Assembly: GCA_043800255.1 (NCBI GenBank)
Contig: JAZDNF010000003.1
Location: 32,001 to 96,000, forward strand
From: Candidatus Altiarchaeota archaeon
Lineage (GTDB): Archaea; Altiarchaeota; Altiarchaeia; IMC4; SCGC-AAA252-I15
Direction: 5' to 3'
Length of the DNA stretch: 64,000 bases
Numbering within the stretch: the first letter of the stretch is position 1; each line of letters starts with the position of its first letter. A program made the translations under genes and the position numbers. The notes under the pieces were generated by a model that was not told the DNA's origin, made no database searches, and saw only the letters and a program-made list of their open reading frames with translations. Of this stretch, positions 9,711 through 18,890 are shown one piece after another.

Positions 9711-10822
9711 CCGACTATGCGAAGAGTCTCGCCGGTCTCATTGTCATACTCTTGTCTGCGAAAATCGTCGCAATAATGTCCCTCTACGTTCTGATACCCT
9801 ACGCTGTTGACTACATCGACCGTAACCCGGAGTTCCTGGACAAGTTCGGGAACAGGTACTCGCGGACAGGCTACGAGGACAATCTCCCCTTAAGCGCATT
9901 ATGCTGCCACTGGGATTCTGAGCATTATCTCAGGATAAGCGAGCGCGGCTATGACAGCGAGATGCTATACGCCTTCTCCCCAGGTTACCCTATGCTGATC
10001 AGAATCGTCTCGTTTCTGGTCTCTGACAGACTGCTTGCAGCAGTGCTTATTTCAAATTTTTTTTCGATAGCCTCCGTCATGGCTTTCTACTTCACGGCGA
10101 GGCTGTATTTGACGGAACGGGAGAGCGTCTATGCCTCATTTTTTTTCATGCTGTTCCCGACCGTGTTCGTCTACGGGACTGTTGCCTATACCGAGCCGAT
10201 GTTCCTGACGTTTACCATACTAGGATGGTATTTTTTCGAGAGGAAGAAATACTTGAACGCCGGCTCACTGCTGGCGGCCGCCTCGCTCACAAGATATTCC
10301 GGGCTGGTACTGTACCCGATATTGAGCTTCCTGCTGGTGAGGGAGCGCGGCCTTGATTTTAAGGGATTAATCAGACTGAACGCGCCTGCGGTTGCTGTCA
10401 TAGTCTTTTTCCTGGCCCTGCAGTCAACAACGCAGTCTTCCTATTCGGCCATACAGAAAACCTACTGGGACACCCAATTGGAGTATCCGCTCGCGTTCTT
10501 AGGCTATGTGAAGCTGACGGCAGGCTCTGTGTTGAAGGACCCCACATTCTATTTCATCCTCTTCATGGTGCTGGGGATTATGTGTTACAGGATAAGGCCG
10601 AGACTGGCGCTTTACGCACTCACTTTGACACTGTTCTACTCGTCCTTTGTCGGAGTCGCAGCAGCCTCCATACCCCGATTCCTTGCGACAGCATGGCCTG
10701 CGTTCCTGCCGCTCGGAAGATACCTTAAGAACACGTTAGTCGTTGTGACAGTTCTCGCATACTTCTGGATTTTCTCCGTCCTTGTGTTAATAGTACATAC
10801 GCTCTGGATTTTCTACGCCTGA
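9707..10822 (+). CDS. GT-C fold mannosyltransferase-like protein (PIG-V/Gpi18-like)
   Basis: HWDSEHYLRISERGY...YAFSPGYPML, YTEPMF and multiple TMs. Confidence 0.75.
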   Translation: MTDYAKSLAGLIVILLSAKIVAIMSLYVLIPYAVDYIDRNPEFLDKFGNRYSRTGYEDNLPLSALCCHWDSEHYLRISERGYDSEMLYAFSPGYPMLIRIVSFLVSDRLLAAVLISNFFSIASVMAFYFTARLYLTERESVYASFFFMLFPTVFVYGTVAYTEPMFLTFTILGWYFFERKKYLNAGSLLAAASLTRYSGLVLYPILSFLLVRERGLDFKGLIRLNAPAVAVIVFFLALQSTTQSSYSAIQKTYWDTQLEYPLAFLGYVKLTAGSVLKDPTFYFILFMVLGIMCYRIRPRLALYALTLTLFYSSFVGVAAASIPRFLATAWPAFLPLGRYLKNTLVVVTVLAYFWIFSVLVLIVHTLWIFYA

Positions 10823-11907
10823 ACCTTGTACCTTAGGAGCGCAGCCTTCCCCTTGAAAGTGTTCCAGAGCTGGTATCCTTCCTCGAACTCGTCTGATACT
10901 ATCTCAACCAACGCCCCGGTCTGGGTTGCCATATCATAGTACTTGTCTATCTCGCCCTCAGAGAGCTTCTCGCTCAACAGCAGGGTTTCCACTGCCCCAG
11001 CTTTGAGGCTCTTTTCCACGTCAGGCCCGTAGGCGACGTTCCCTCCCCCAACCAGGTCGCGCATGAACCTCTGGAATAATGTCTTCTGCCTCACCATCTC
11101 AACGCTGCTGAGGTCGTCCTGTGCCTTGTCTATCAGCTCCCGTATGCCTGACTCGTCAGTGTAGGTTGTGTCCTTCACAGCTATTATCTTTTTCTTCAGC
11201 TCGTGGTGGATGTAGTCTCCAGCAACGAAATCGTCCTTGGTGATGGCAGGCCCCCCTATGACAATCCCCCTCACGTCTTTTATGATTGGCAGGAATATGC
11301 TATTGACCTGTTCCCCGACCCGGACCTTGAACTCGTGCGACTGTTCTCTGATGACACGCTCGAACCTCCTCTGGGACTGGCCGCCGGCCCTGTGCTTGCC
11401 GTGGTATCCTGATGTGAGCTTCTTATGGATGGTATAGTTGGAGCCTTTCAGCGTCGCTATCGTCGCAGTCTTGTTGTCTATCGCTATCAGCCCGTAAGAG
11501 TCTGACGGTGTTACGAGCGCCTCAAGCGGGCCCAGCAGGAACTCCTGCTCGCACCTGTAGAGTCTCGTTGATATGGGCTCCGGCGGCTCGACAGCCCAAA
11601 TTCTTAGATCCTGCTGGCCCTCCCGCTCTGAGACGTTGCCGCAGAAGACTGCCAAGCCGTTGGGCGGCGTGCGGTTGTAGAGCTTCAGATTCTGTATGGT
11701 CTTCTCCAGCGCATCGGTGACGTTCTTCTTGGTCGTCCTCGACTTTATGTTGGAAGCCGTGCCCTGCTCATCCTGCAGCTGCTTGAGGATGTTTATCATG
11801 CTGTAACCCTGCGGCACGTATACTGTTATCAGCTCCGTGTGCCTTCCCCTCTTCTCCTTCAGCTCCCGTATGAGCTTCTTAAGTTTGAACTGTTTTTGCG
11901 AGTCCAT
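10813..11907 (-). CDS. prf1: Peptide chain release factor aRF1
   Basis: ASNIKS, LYRC and GGQSQRRF motifs; compact C-terminal domain. Confidence 0.97.
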   Translation of the reverse strand: MDSQKQFKLKKLIRELKEKRGRHTELITVYVPQGYSMINILKQLQDEQGTASNIKSRTTKKNVTDALEKTIQNLKLYNRTPPNGLAVFCGNVSEREGQQDLRIWAVEPPEPISTRLYRCEQEFLLGPLEALVTPSDSYGLIAIDNKTATIATLKGSNYTIHKKLTSGYHGKHRAGGQSQRRFERVIREQSHEFKVRVGEQVNSIFLPIIKDVRGIVIGGPAITKDDFVAGDYIHHELKKKIIAVKDTTYTDESGIRELIDKAQDDLSSVEMVRQKTLFQRFMRDLVGGGNVAYGPDVEKSLKAGAVETLLLSEKLSEGEIDKYYDMATQTGALVEIVSDEFEEGYQLWNTFKGKAALLRYKVQA

Positions 11908-11924
11908 TTTAGAACAAGACGATG

Positions 11925-12749
11925 CTAGCTTAGGTCGTGCGCTCTGTCCAAATCGATTTCAAGGGCTGCTGCCGGAACCTCAAGCCCGAAATTCTCTATA
12001 ACCTGCGGGTGCAGCTCGCCGAAGAATCCAATGCTGTTGCCTGCGCATCTCCCAAGTATGAAGCTGCCATGCTCCAGCTGCCGGACTTCTTCCTTGATGC
12101 TGAGAGCCTGCATGAGGCCTGCGAATATCGCCTTTATGCCTGAGAAGTTGGCGGTCGAGTGGGCGTCTGCAACGCACAATCTCCTGTTGGTATCCCCCTT
12201 CGGCGTGACGCAGTCGCCTACTTCAAAGATTTTCTGCGGGTATTCCATGTTCCTGTTCTTCTCCAACACAGTCAAAAGGGAGGGCGCCAGCCAGGTCCTG
12301 CACACGCTGTGCTCCTCTGAGACCGGGTTCAGGGTTTCCACGACATTCCCGTCCTTCAGGAGCATCCTCCTGAACATCTTATCCCTGTCGGTCATTATCA
12401 AGGTCATAACCTCCTGGAACCCGTAGCCGAGCATCAGCTCCCTGACCTTCGAAGAATACTCCTCAAGGGGGTCTTTCTTGGGGAGGGTGAATTTTTTGAA
12501 AACCTCGGGCTTGAAGTTCTGGTAACCGTATGCTATTGCGATGTCCTCCACCAGGTCCATCGGATGTAGGACGTCAGTCCTGTAGGCTGGGACGCTCACC
12601 GTCAGCTTCTTGCCCGCGCCTTTGACGTCGTATCTCATCCGCTCCAGGAGCTTTTTAGCATCCCCTGTTTTAAGCTGCACGCCCAGAAGCCTGTTGGCGT
12701 AGTCCAGCTCAAGCACCATCTCCTTCGGCGTCAGGTCAGGCGTCCGCAT
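11925..12749 (-). CDS. pheT: Phenylalanine-tRNA ligase beta subunit, C-terminal half only
   Basis: B5 motif VPAYRTDVLHPMDLVEDIAIAYGY, NPVSEEHSVCRTWL, FGELHPQV. No B3/B4 region. Confidence 0.88.
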   Translation of the reverse strand: MRTPDLTPKEMVLELDYANRLLGVQLKTGDAKKLLERMRYDVKGAGKKLTVSVPAYRTDVLHPMDLVEDIAIAYGYQNFKPEVFKKFTLPKKDPLEEYSSKVRELMLGYGFQEVMTLIMTDRDKMFRRMLLKDGNVVETLNPVSEEHSVCRTWLAPSLLTVLEKNRNMEYPQKIFEVGDCVTPKGDTNRRLCVADAHSTANFSGIKAIFAGLMQALSIKEEVRQLEHGSFILGRCAGNSIGFFGELHPQVIENFGLEVPAAALEIDLDRAHDLS

Positions 12750-14306
12750 GGTATTGTATTATAACGTCAGATTAAAAAAGTATTACAATGAAGTGCGAGA
12801 GGCTGCTACTTTTTTCATCACACTCGGTCTGCTCTTAAGGCTTATCGTCGCCTGGACCGACATCACAGTGCTACTGCAGAAGAATCTCCCAGACGACGCC
12901 TTCTACTATTTCGGGATTGCTAGGAACATCGCCTCCGGGAATGGTGTTACCTTCAACGGCCAGCATATGACGAACGGGTTCCACCCGTTATGGGCGCTGA
13001 TGATAACGCCGTTTTATTTTCTCATGGAGGGAAATGCTGACTTCCAATTCACCTGACCCTCACGCTGGGCGCATTGCTTGATGTCATCACAGCTTGCATA
13101 ATCTTCATGATCGTAATGCTGCTGACTGCAAGCCGGCGTGCGTCACTCTTCTCGGCGGCTGCTTACCTCTTCAACCCGGTCGCGATTATGAATTCGACGA
13201 ACGGTTTGGAGACTTCGGTGAGCGTCCTCTTCTACGCGCTCTCGTTTTACGTTTTCCTCAGGGTGAAGGACTCCACTAGGCGGGGGGAATTTTTCCTGTT
13301 GGGCATTGTGGGAGGCCTCATGGTGTTGGCCAGGACGGACAGCATAACCTTGCTTGCAGTTTACGTTCTTTACTTCCTCGTACGGAGGAACATTGGGGTT
13401 GCGTATGTCCTCCTCGCCGCAGGCGCGACTGTTGCACCATGGATGGTATGGGATTATCTCACGTTTGGGACGCTCTTCCAGTCGAGCGCCCTGTCGGTGC
13501 CGTACATAGTGCACCAGAATTTCATCTCAGCGCAGGGTTCAACGTCTGCTCTGGTAATCTCCCACTCGGTTAGGAATTTCGTGAACGCGCTCTTCTACAA
13601 CCTGCTGATGTTGGACATGTGGGGTCTCGGCCTGATTCCGCTGGCGCTGCTCGCAGCCTACGCTCTTTTAGGGAGTAAAGAGGCGAGACGCAAGGCGTTG
13701 GCTGGCCTGATGCCAGTCTCACTGCTCCTGCTCGGTCTTTTACTGCTAACCATCGTCCACTATGGTATCAGATGGTACGGGAGGCTCTGGTATCTGGCTC
13801 CCGCTTCGGCGGCATCATCCATCATGGCAGGCATCTTCTTCGACAGCCTGAAAGACAGAAAAGTGTTGGCCCTGCTCGCAACCGCAATCGTCTTATCCTG
13901 TTTTGCAGCCTACGGCCTCACATTCTGGCAGCAGGGCTTCTGGCCGTGGCAGCTGGAGTATTATCTCGCCGGGAGGTGGGCTGGCATAAACCTCGGCCCG
14001 GATGCCGTAATCGGGAGTGTCAGTTCAGGCATAATCGGCTACTATTCGAACCTGAGCGTTGTCAGCCTGGACGGCGCCATAAACAACGAAGCCTATTTGA
14101 GCATAAGGAATGGGAACGTCTTTGAGTATTTGAGGGAGAGCAATGTCACGCACCTCGTGGACTATGAAGTCACGCTGTTCGACGACTACAGAGGATATTA
14201 TGGCGTTGACATCAGAGACCAGGTCACCCTTGTGCAGACGGTTAACGTCGAGAACCTAACCTTCAGGGGTTCTGAGGTTGGTGTCTGCAGAATCCGGTAT
14301 CAGTAA
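12748..14306 (+). pseudogene. GT-C membrane glycosyltransferase-like gene split by a frameshift at ~13041 (pseudogene or sequencing error)
   Basis: ORF1 has DDAFYYFGIARNIASGNG...TNGFHPLW and ORF2 has NGLETS and ARTDS. One added C at GAC/CTT (13041) joins them as ...NADLPIHLTLTLGALLDV... Confidence 0.75.
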
Positions 14307-16186
14307 ACCCTGTACGCTGTGACCTCGCTGTCAGAGTAGAGCGGCTTCTGCCCGTTGAATGCTTCTGAGAGTATTCTGGAGACCTTCTCGTCTGTGCCGT
14401 TCTCGTACAAGTCTGTCAGCAGGACATCATGGTGGACCACAACATACCGTAGGTTATATTCTCTCAAAGCAGGCAAGAACGCCTCAACCCACTCTCCGGT
14501 GAAATTCTTGTGGTCTGGGTCGTTGAGCGGCCCGAAGACCAGGCTGTCCTGCATGAAACCAAGCGCCGTTCGGCTTGGATAGGATACATAACCTCCGACT
14601 ATCGGCCTCTGATGTAGGGTCTGGTAGTAAAGGTACTGGGGTATGCCATGGCCTATTTTGCTGTTATCGCGTTCGATGATTCTGGGGGCAATGGGAACCT
14701 CCAGTACTGCGAAATCTTCCGGGCCGTTTTTTATATCATCATATGCTGGACTTGCGTGCAGTTTCGTGACAGGCAATGCGGACATGAACTCAAAAAGGAT
14801 TAGAACTGATACCGCAAGCGTGAGCAGGTTCTTTCTCGATGACCTGTTGAGCATCTTCTTCAGCCCTAACGCTGAGATTATCGCGCCGGACAGCATCAGC
14901 ATTACGGTGAACCTCGTCGGCGCCCGAAATATGCTGAAGCCCGGAATCAGCATGAAAAACATGTACGGCATCGGTATCGTTAAAGTCCCAAACACATGAA
15001 GAATCGGGCCAAAGGATAATATGAGAAAAACGAGGAACGTTTTAGTCCAAAGGCTGGCCTGCCGGTCTAACAGGGCTACGAATGTGATGATGGTCAGGAG
15101 GAGCACTAGCAGCGACGCGATCGCGTACAATACACTCGCGCCAAAAATCAGGAGATACGATAGGATGACAAGCCCGCCGACGTATATGAAGCTGATGTTT
15201 GGAAAGTACCGCCTATAAGTTGATGCTGCCTCGTTCTTAATCCGGGCGCATGCGCCGCTGGCTCTTAGGTGATAGGCCATCAGGAACATAATAGTGTATC
15301 CCAGTGGGATGGCTGGCGGCAGAAGATATATACTCTTTGAGAGCCTGTAGAATGCCCGGGAGATGCCGTTCAGCAGGGGGTGGAACATGTTCGGCGTGAA
15401 AAACGAGATCAGGTCCATGGAATAGTAGGCTGCGCTGAGCGGTTGCGGCTTCTCATATTCGCTGGAGAAGATGGCAGCCAGTGTCGGGTAGAAGAACGGG
15501 GCCACAAGCAGTGCCGAGATGACCATAATCTGCCCGACAACCTTTAGCGTTCGCCTGTTCAACTGGTTAACTAGGTATATCAGGGTGAACATTAACATGA
15601 ATCCCATGTACTGCCAGGAGCATAGTGCGTTCAACACGAAGAAGATTGATGCCATAATGGCGTCTGATCTCTTTCTGCTTTCCCCTGCCTTGAGGAGGTA
15701 TAGTACGTAGAATGGAATCCACTGTATGCTGGTCAGATTCAGATGGCCTGCCAGGGTCTCAGAAACGTGGTAGGGTGAGAACGCATAAATCAGGCCTGCG
15801 ACAAAACTCGCCCGTTTGTCTGCCGTCAGCTTAAGCGCCAGCAGGTACGTTCCATAGCCTGCCAGTATGAAGGTTGACAGGATGAGCAGATTGTATGTGA
15901 CTACCAGTGTGAAAAAATTCTGCAGCATGAAGCCGACCATCGCATTATAGTGCGATATCGTTGACAGGCTTAGGCTGACTCCCGTAGGGTAGAACTGGTG
16001 GCTGGCGTAGAAGGGGTTGCCTTTAAGCTCTGTTATCGAGTGCTTGAACCACCAGAGGTCCCAGAGGAAATAGTACGAGTCATAGTTCCCGAAGATGCTG
16101 TCGGTTATGTTCTGGATCAGGGGGTATGTTAGGACAGCGGTCAGCAGAGCGTAAAGTACTATAACGTAAGCCTTATCCTTTTCCAT
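14300..16186 (-). CDS. Multi-TM GT-C-like (YfhO/glycosyltransferase-type) membrane protein
   Basis: FLWDLWW...FYPTG, IYAFSPYH...GHLN, FRAPTRF, YYQTLHQRPIVGGY. Confidence 0.7.
   Translation of the reverse strand: MEKDKAYVIVLYALLTAVLTYPLIQNITDSIFGNYDSYYFLWDLWWFKHSITELKGNPFYASHQFYPTGVSLSLSTISHYNAMVGFMLQNFFTLVVTYNLLILSTFILAGYGTYLLALKLTADKRASFVAGLIYAFSPYHVSETLAGHLNLTSIQWIPFYVLYLLKAGESRKRSDAIMASIFFVLNALCSWQYMGFMLMFTLIYLVNQLNRRTLKVVGQIMVISALLVAPFFYPTLAAIFSSEYEKPQPLSAAYYSMDLISFFTPNMFHPLLNGISRAFYRLSKSIYLLPPAIPLGYTIMFLMAYHLRASGACARIKNEAASTYRRYFPNISFIYVGGLVILSYLLIFGASVLYAIASLLVLLLTIITFVALLDRQASLWTKTFLVFLILSFGPILHVFGTLTIPMPYMFFMLIPGFSIFRAPTRFTVMLMLSGAIISALGLKKMLNRSSRKNLLTLAVSVLILFEFMSALPVTKLHASPAYDDIKNGPEDFAVLEVPIAPRIIERDNSKIGHGIPQYLYYQTLHQRPIVGGYVSYPSRTALGFMQDSLVFGPLNDPDHKNFTGEWVEAFLPALREYNLRYVVVHHDVLLTDLYENGTDEKVSRILSEAFNGQKPLYSDSEVTAYRVY
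14384..14614. repeat. ~230-bp near-identical segment, second copy at 17019-17249
   Basis: Shared runs such as TCTCGTCTGTGCCGTTCTCGTACAAGTCTGTCAGCAGGACATCATGGTGGAC in both paralogs. Confidence 0.9.
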
Positions 16187-16898
16187 CTTCTTTTTCCGCG
16201 ACCACTGTGAGGAGCATTCCCGATGCAGTCATTTTGAGCAGGCGCTCTTCAGCCGGATGGACGAGTTTTGTCAGCTTTTCTGACAGCACCGCCGTGAAGG
16301 GTGTGACAAGGAGTATCGTGCTCATCTTCTTCACCCTCATGCCGTTGTCCTCGAGAATCTTCTTCAGCCCGTTTTTGTCGAATTTTGATATGTGCTGTTT
16401 CCGGTAGCCTCTGCCCTTCCCGAGGGTGTCCCACAGGAATTCGACCATAGGCCACATGCTGCGGAAGTTGGGAGTCGTGAGTATGAGGTTTCCCTTGTCG
16501 TTCAGTGTTCTCCGGATTTCCGCGACGCATTTCTGCGGGCTGGTCAGGTGTTCTATCAGTTCAACGCATACTACCGCATCGAAGGATTTCTCCTTGAATG
16601 GCAGGTTGATGGCGTCGCCGACCACGCCCATCAGGTTCTTGTTTATTTTCCTGCAATTTCTTATGCAATTCTCCGAGATGTCGTAGGATATTACCGTGTT
16701 CGATTCTGACAGCAGGTTCGAGATTACCCCTGAGCCTGATCCGAGGTCCAGCAGCAATTTGCCTACGCCAGCGTCTTCGACGACCTTTGATATCTTCTCC
16801 CTCTGCCAGTATCTTTGCACGTACAGTCTGCCGTAGTATGCCCGCTCGTCCAAGTCGCCTGCGAACCTGCCATAGTATTCCCGGTAATTTTCAGGCAT
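16173..16898 (-). CDS. Class I SAM-dependent methyltransferase
   Basis: LLDLGSGSG, GDAINLPFKEKSFDAV, ELIEHL, LTTPN. Confidence 0.9.
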   Translation of the reverse strand: MPENYREYYGRFAGDLDERAYYGRLYVQRYWQREKISKVVEDAGVGKLLLDLGSGSGVISNLLSESNTVISYDISENCIRNCRKINKNLMGVVGDAINLPFKEKSFDAVVCVELIEHLTSPQKCVAEIRRTLNDKGNLILTTPNFRSMWPMVEFLWDTLGKGRGYRKQHISKFDKNGLKKILEDNGMRVKKMSTILLVTPFTAVLSEKLTKLVHPAEERLLKMTASGMLLTVVAEKEDGKG

Positions 16899-16937
16899 GT
16901 GAGAATATTTGACCGTAATCTTAAAAGAAAATGTGAT

Positions 16938-18839
16938 TTATGTCCTGTAGACTAGAATCCTCTCGTTTGAATAATACGGACTCTGGTTTCGGAAGGCTTT
17001 TTGCATAAACGCTGAAATCTTCTCGTCTGTGCCGTTCTCGTACAAGTCTGTCAGCAGGACATCATGGTGGACTACCACATAACCTATGTTGTATTCTCTC
17101 ATAGCAGGCAAGAACGCCTCAACCCAGTCTCCGGTGAGATTCTTGTGGTCCAGGTCATTGAGCGGCCCGAAGACCGGGCTGTCCTGCATGAAACCAAGCG
17201 CAGTTCGGCTTGGATAGGATACGTAGCCTCCGACTATCGGCCTCTGATGCACGGTTTGATAGTACATGTATTCGGGAATGCCATATTCTAGCACTCGACC
17301 ATCATCAAGTGCCAGCCTCTGAGGAGCTATTGGAACGTCCAGGATGGCGTAATCCTGACCGTCTGCAAGCGTCAGATAGAACTCCTCTGTCGGGGGCGTT
17401 GTCAGATTTAGTGGGACGGTAAGAAATTCGAATAGTATCAGGGAGGATATTATGAAACCTAGTAAATTTTTGTGTGTGGTTTTTGACAGCATACGGTTTA
17501 TGCCGTGTCCTGCGAGAACCGATAGTGACAACATCACCATCACCGCGAATCTTTCCGGCACCCTGAATATGCTGAAGACAGGTAGTTTCTGGAGGAGTAT
17601 GAAGGGCAGGAAGATTGTGGGCTCTCCTAGGATGAAGAGGATAGGCCCAAAGGATAGGATGGTGAACACCGTCAATATCATGCCCCACAGACCGATCAAC
17701 CTCCGTATGTAGAGCGAAAAAGATAGGTAGGCTAGGACTATGAAGAGAACCACAAAAAGCGCCCTGACAAGGGTGTCTCCGAACAACAAAACCCAGGATA
17801 TGAGGAGCATAACAGATGACACTAAAAGCGTGCGATTTCCTCCAGGGAGAGCTCCCGCAAATGTGTGGAGAGACTCCATCTTAGTGCGGAGTATGCCGCT
17901 TCCCTTCATATTGTAGAGCGACAGAAAAAGCACTGTAAAGCCGACTGGCATCACATAACCAACATTCTTCTCAGACGAGAGCATTCTGTGGGCAGCATTC
18001 CCAAACCACCCGAACAGAGGATGAAACTGGCTGGGCAGAAGATAAGAGAACATGTCGGACGAGTAGCATATTATAGCGTAGAGAGAACTACGGCGGGCCT
18101 CACCAGCGAGTATGATTTTTAATGTTGGGTAAAAAAATGGGGCGACCAGAATAGCGAACAAAAAAGTTGATTTTACGGTGTTCTTGACGAACCCTATGTC
18201 GCCTTCTCTGTAAAAGTGGGCTGAGAACAAAAACGCGGTCAACAGCATGAACCCCATGTACTGCCAAGAGCATAGGGCGACCAGCAGCAGGAAAAATGAG
18301 GATAGGACCACATTCTTCCAGTTGCTGTCTCCTCTCATCTTCAGGAGGTATAATACGTAGAAGGGTATCCACTGGATGCTCAGGAGATTAAGATGACCTG
18401 CTAAAGCCTCTGCATAATGGTAAGGCGAGAACGCGAAGATGATGCCAGCAACAAATGCGGAGATTTTATCGCCTATTAGATAATAGGCAAGCAGAAACAT
18501 GCCGTAGGCTGCTATTAGGAAGGACAATAACACGAGAATATTGTACGAGCCGATTAGGTTGAAACGCTCCTGCAGTATAATTCCTAAAATGCCGTTGTAC
18601 GGCCCGAGCGTGTGCATTCCAAGGCTTACGCCAGTCGGATGAAAGAGGTATCTCGTGAAGTAGGGATTCTCTCTTAGCTCCAAAAGTGACTTCTTCATCC
18701 ACCACAGGTTCCAGACGTTCGAGTAGACATCATAGTCCCCGACCAGCTTGCTTTCCAGATTGGCTATGAGAGGATAGGTTAGGACGAGCGTGAGCGTAGA
18801 ATACAACATCAAGGCGCGCAGGTCGTAAGTGTACGCCAT
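16938..18839 (-). CDS. Multi-TM GT-C-like membrane protein, paralog of 14300-16186
   Basis: Same motifs as the paralog. Start moved to ATG 18839 (MAYTYDL) because the longer track ORF overlaps the divergent gene. Confidence 0.7.
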   Translation of the reverse strand: MAYTYDLRALMLYSTLTLVLTYPLIANLESKLVGDYDVYSNVWNLWWMKKSLLELRENPYFTRYLFHPTGVSLGMHTLGPYNGILGIILQERFNLIGSYNILVLLSFLIAAYGMFLLAYYLIGDKISAFVAGIIFAFSPYHYAEALAGHLNLLSIQWIPFYVLYLLKMRGDSNWKNVVLSSFFLLLVALCSWQYMGFMLLTAFLFSAHFYREGDIGFVKNTVKSTFLFAILVAPFFYPTLKIILAGEARRSSLYAIICYSSDMFSYLLPSQFHPLFGWFGNAAHRMLSSEKNVGYVMPVGFTVLFLSLYNMKGSGILRTKMESLHTFAGALPGGNRTLLVSSVMLLISWVLLFGDTLVRALFVVLFIVLAYLSFSLYIRRLIGLWGMILTVFTILSFGPILFILGEPTIFLPFILLQKLPVFSIFRVPERFAVMVMLSLSVLAGHGINRMLSKTTHKNLLGFIISSLILFEFLTVPLNLTTPPTEEFYLTLADGQDYAILDVPIAPQRLALDDGRVLEYGIPEYMYYQTVHQRPIVGGYVSYPSRTALGFMQDSPVFGPLNDLDHKNLTGDWVEAFLPAMREYNIGYVVVHHDVLLTDLYENGTDEKISAFMQKAFRNQSPYYSNERILVYRT

Positions 18840-18890
18840 ATTTGTACTATTGCGCGGAATCTTCTTAAATACGTCCTGCAATTTACTAAC

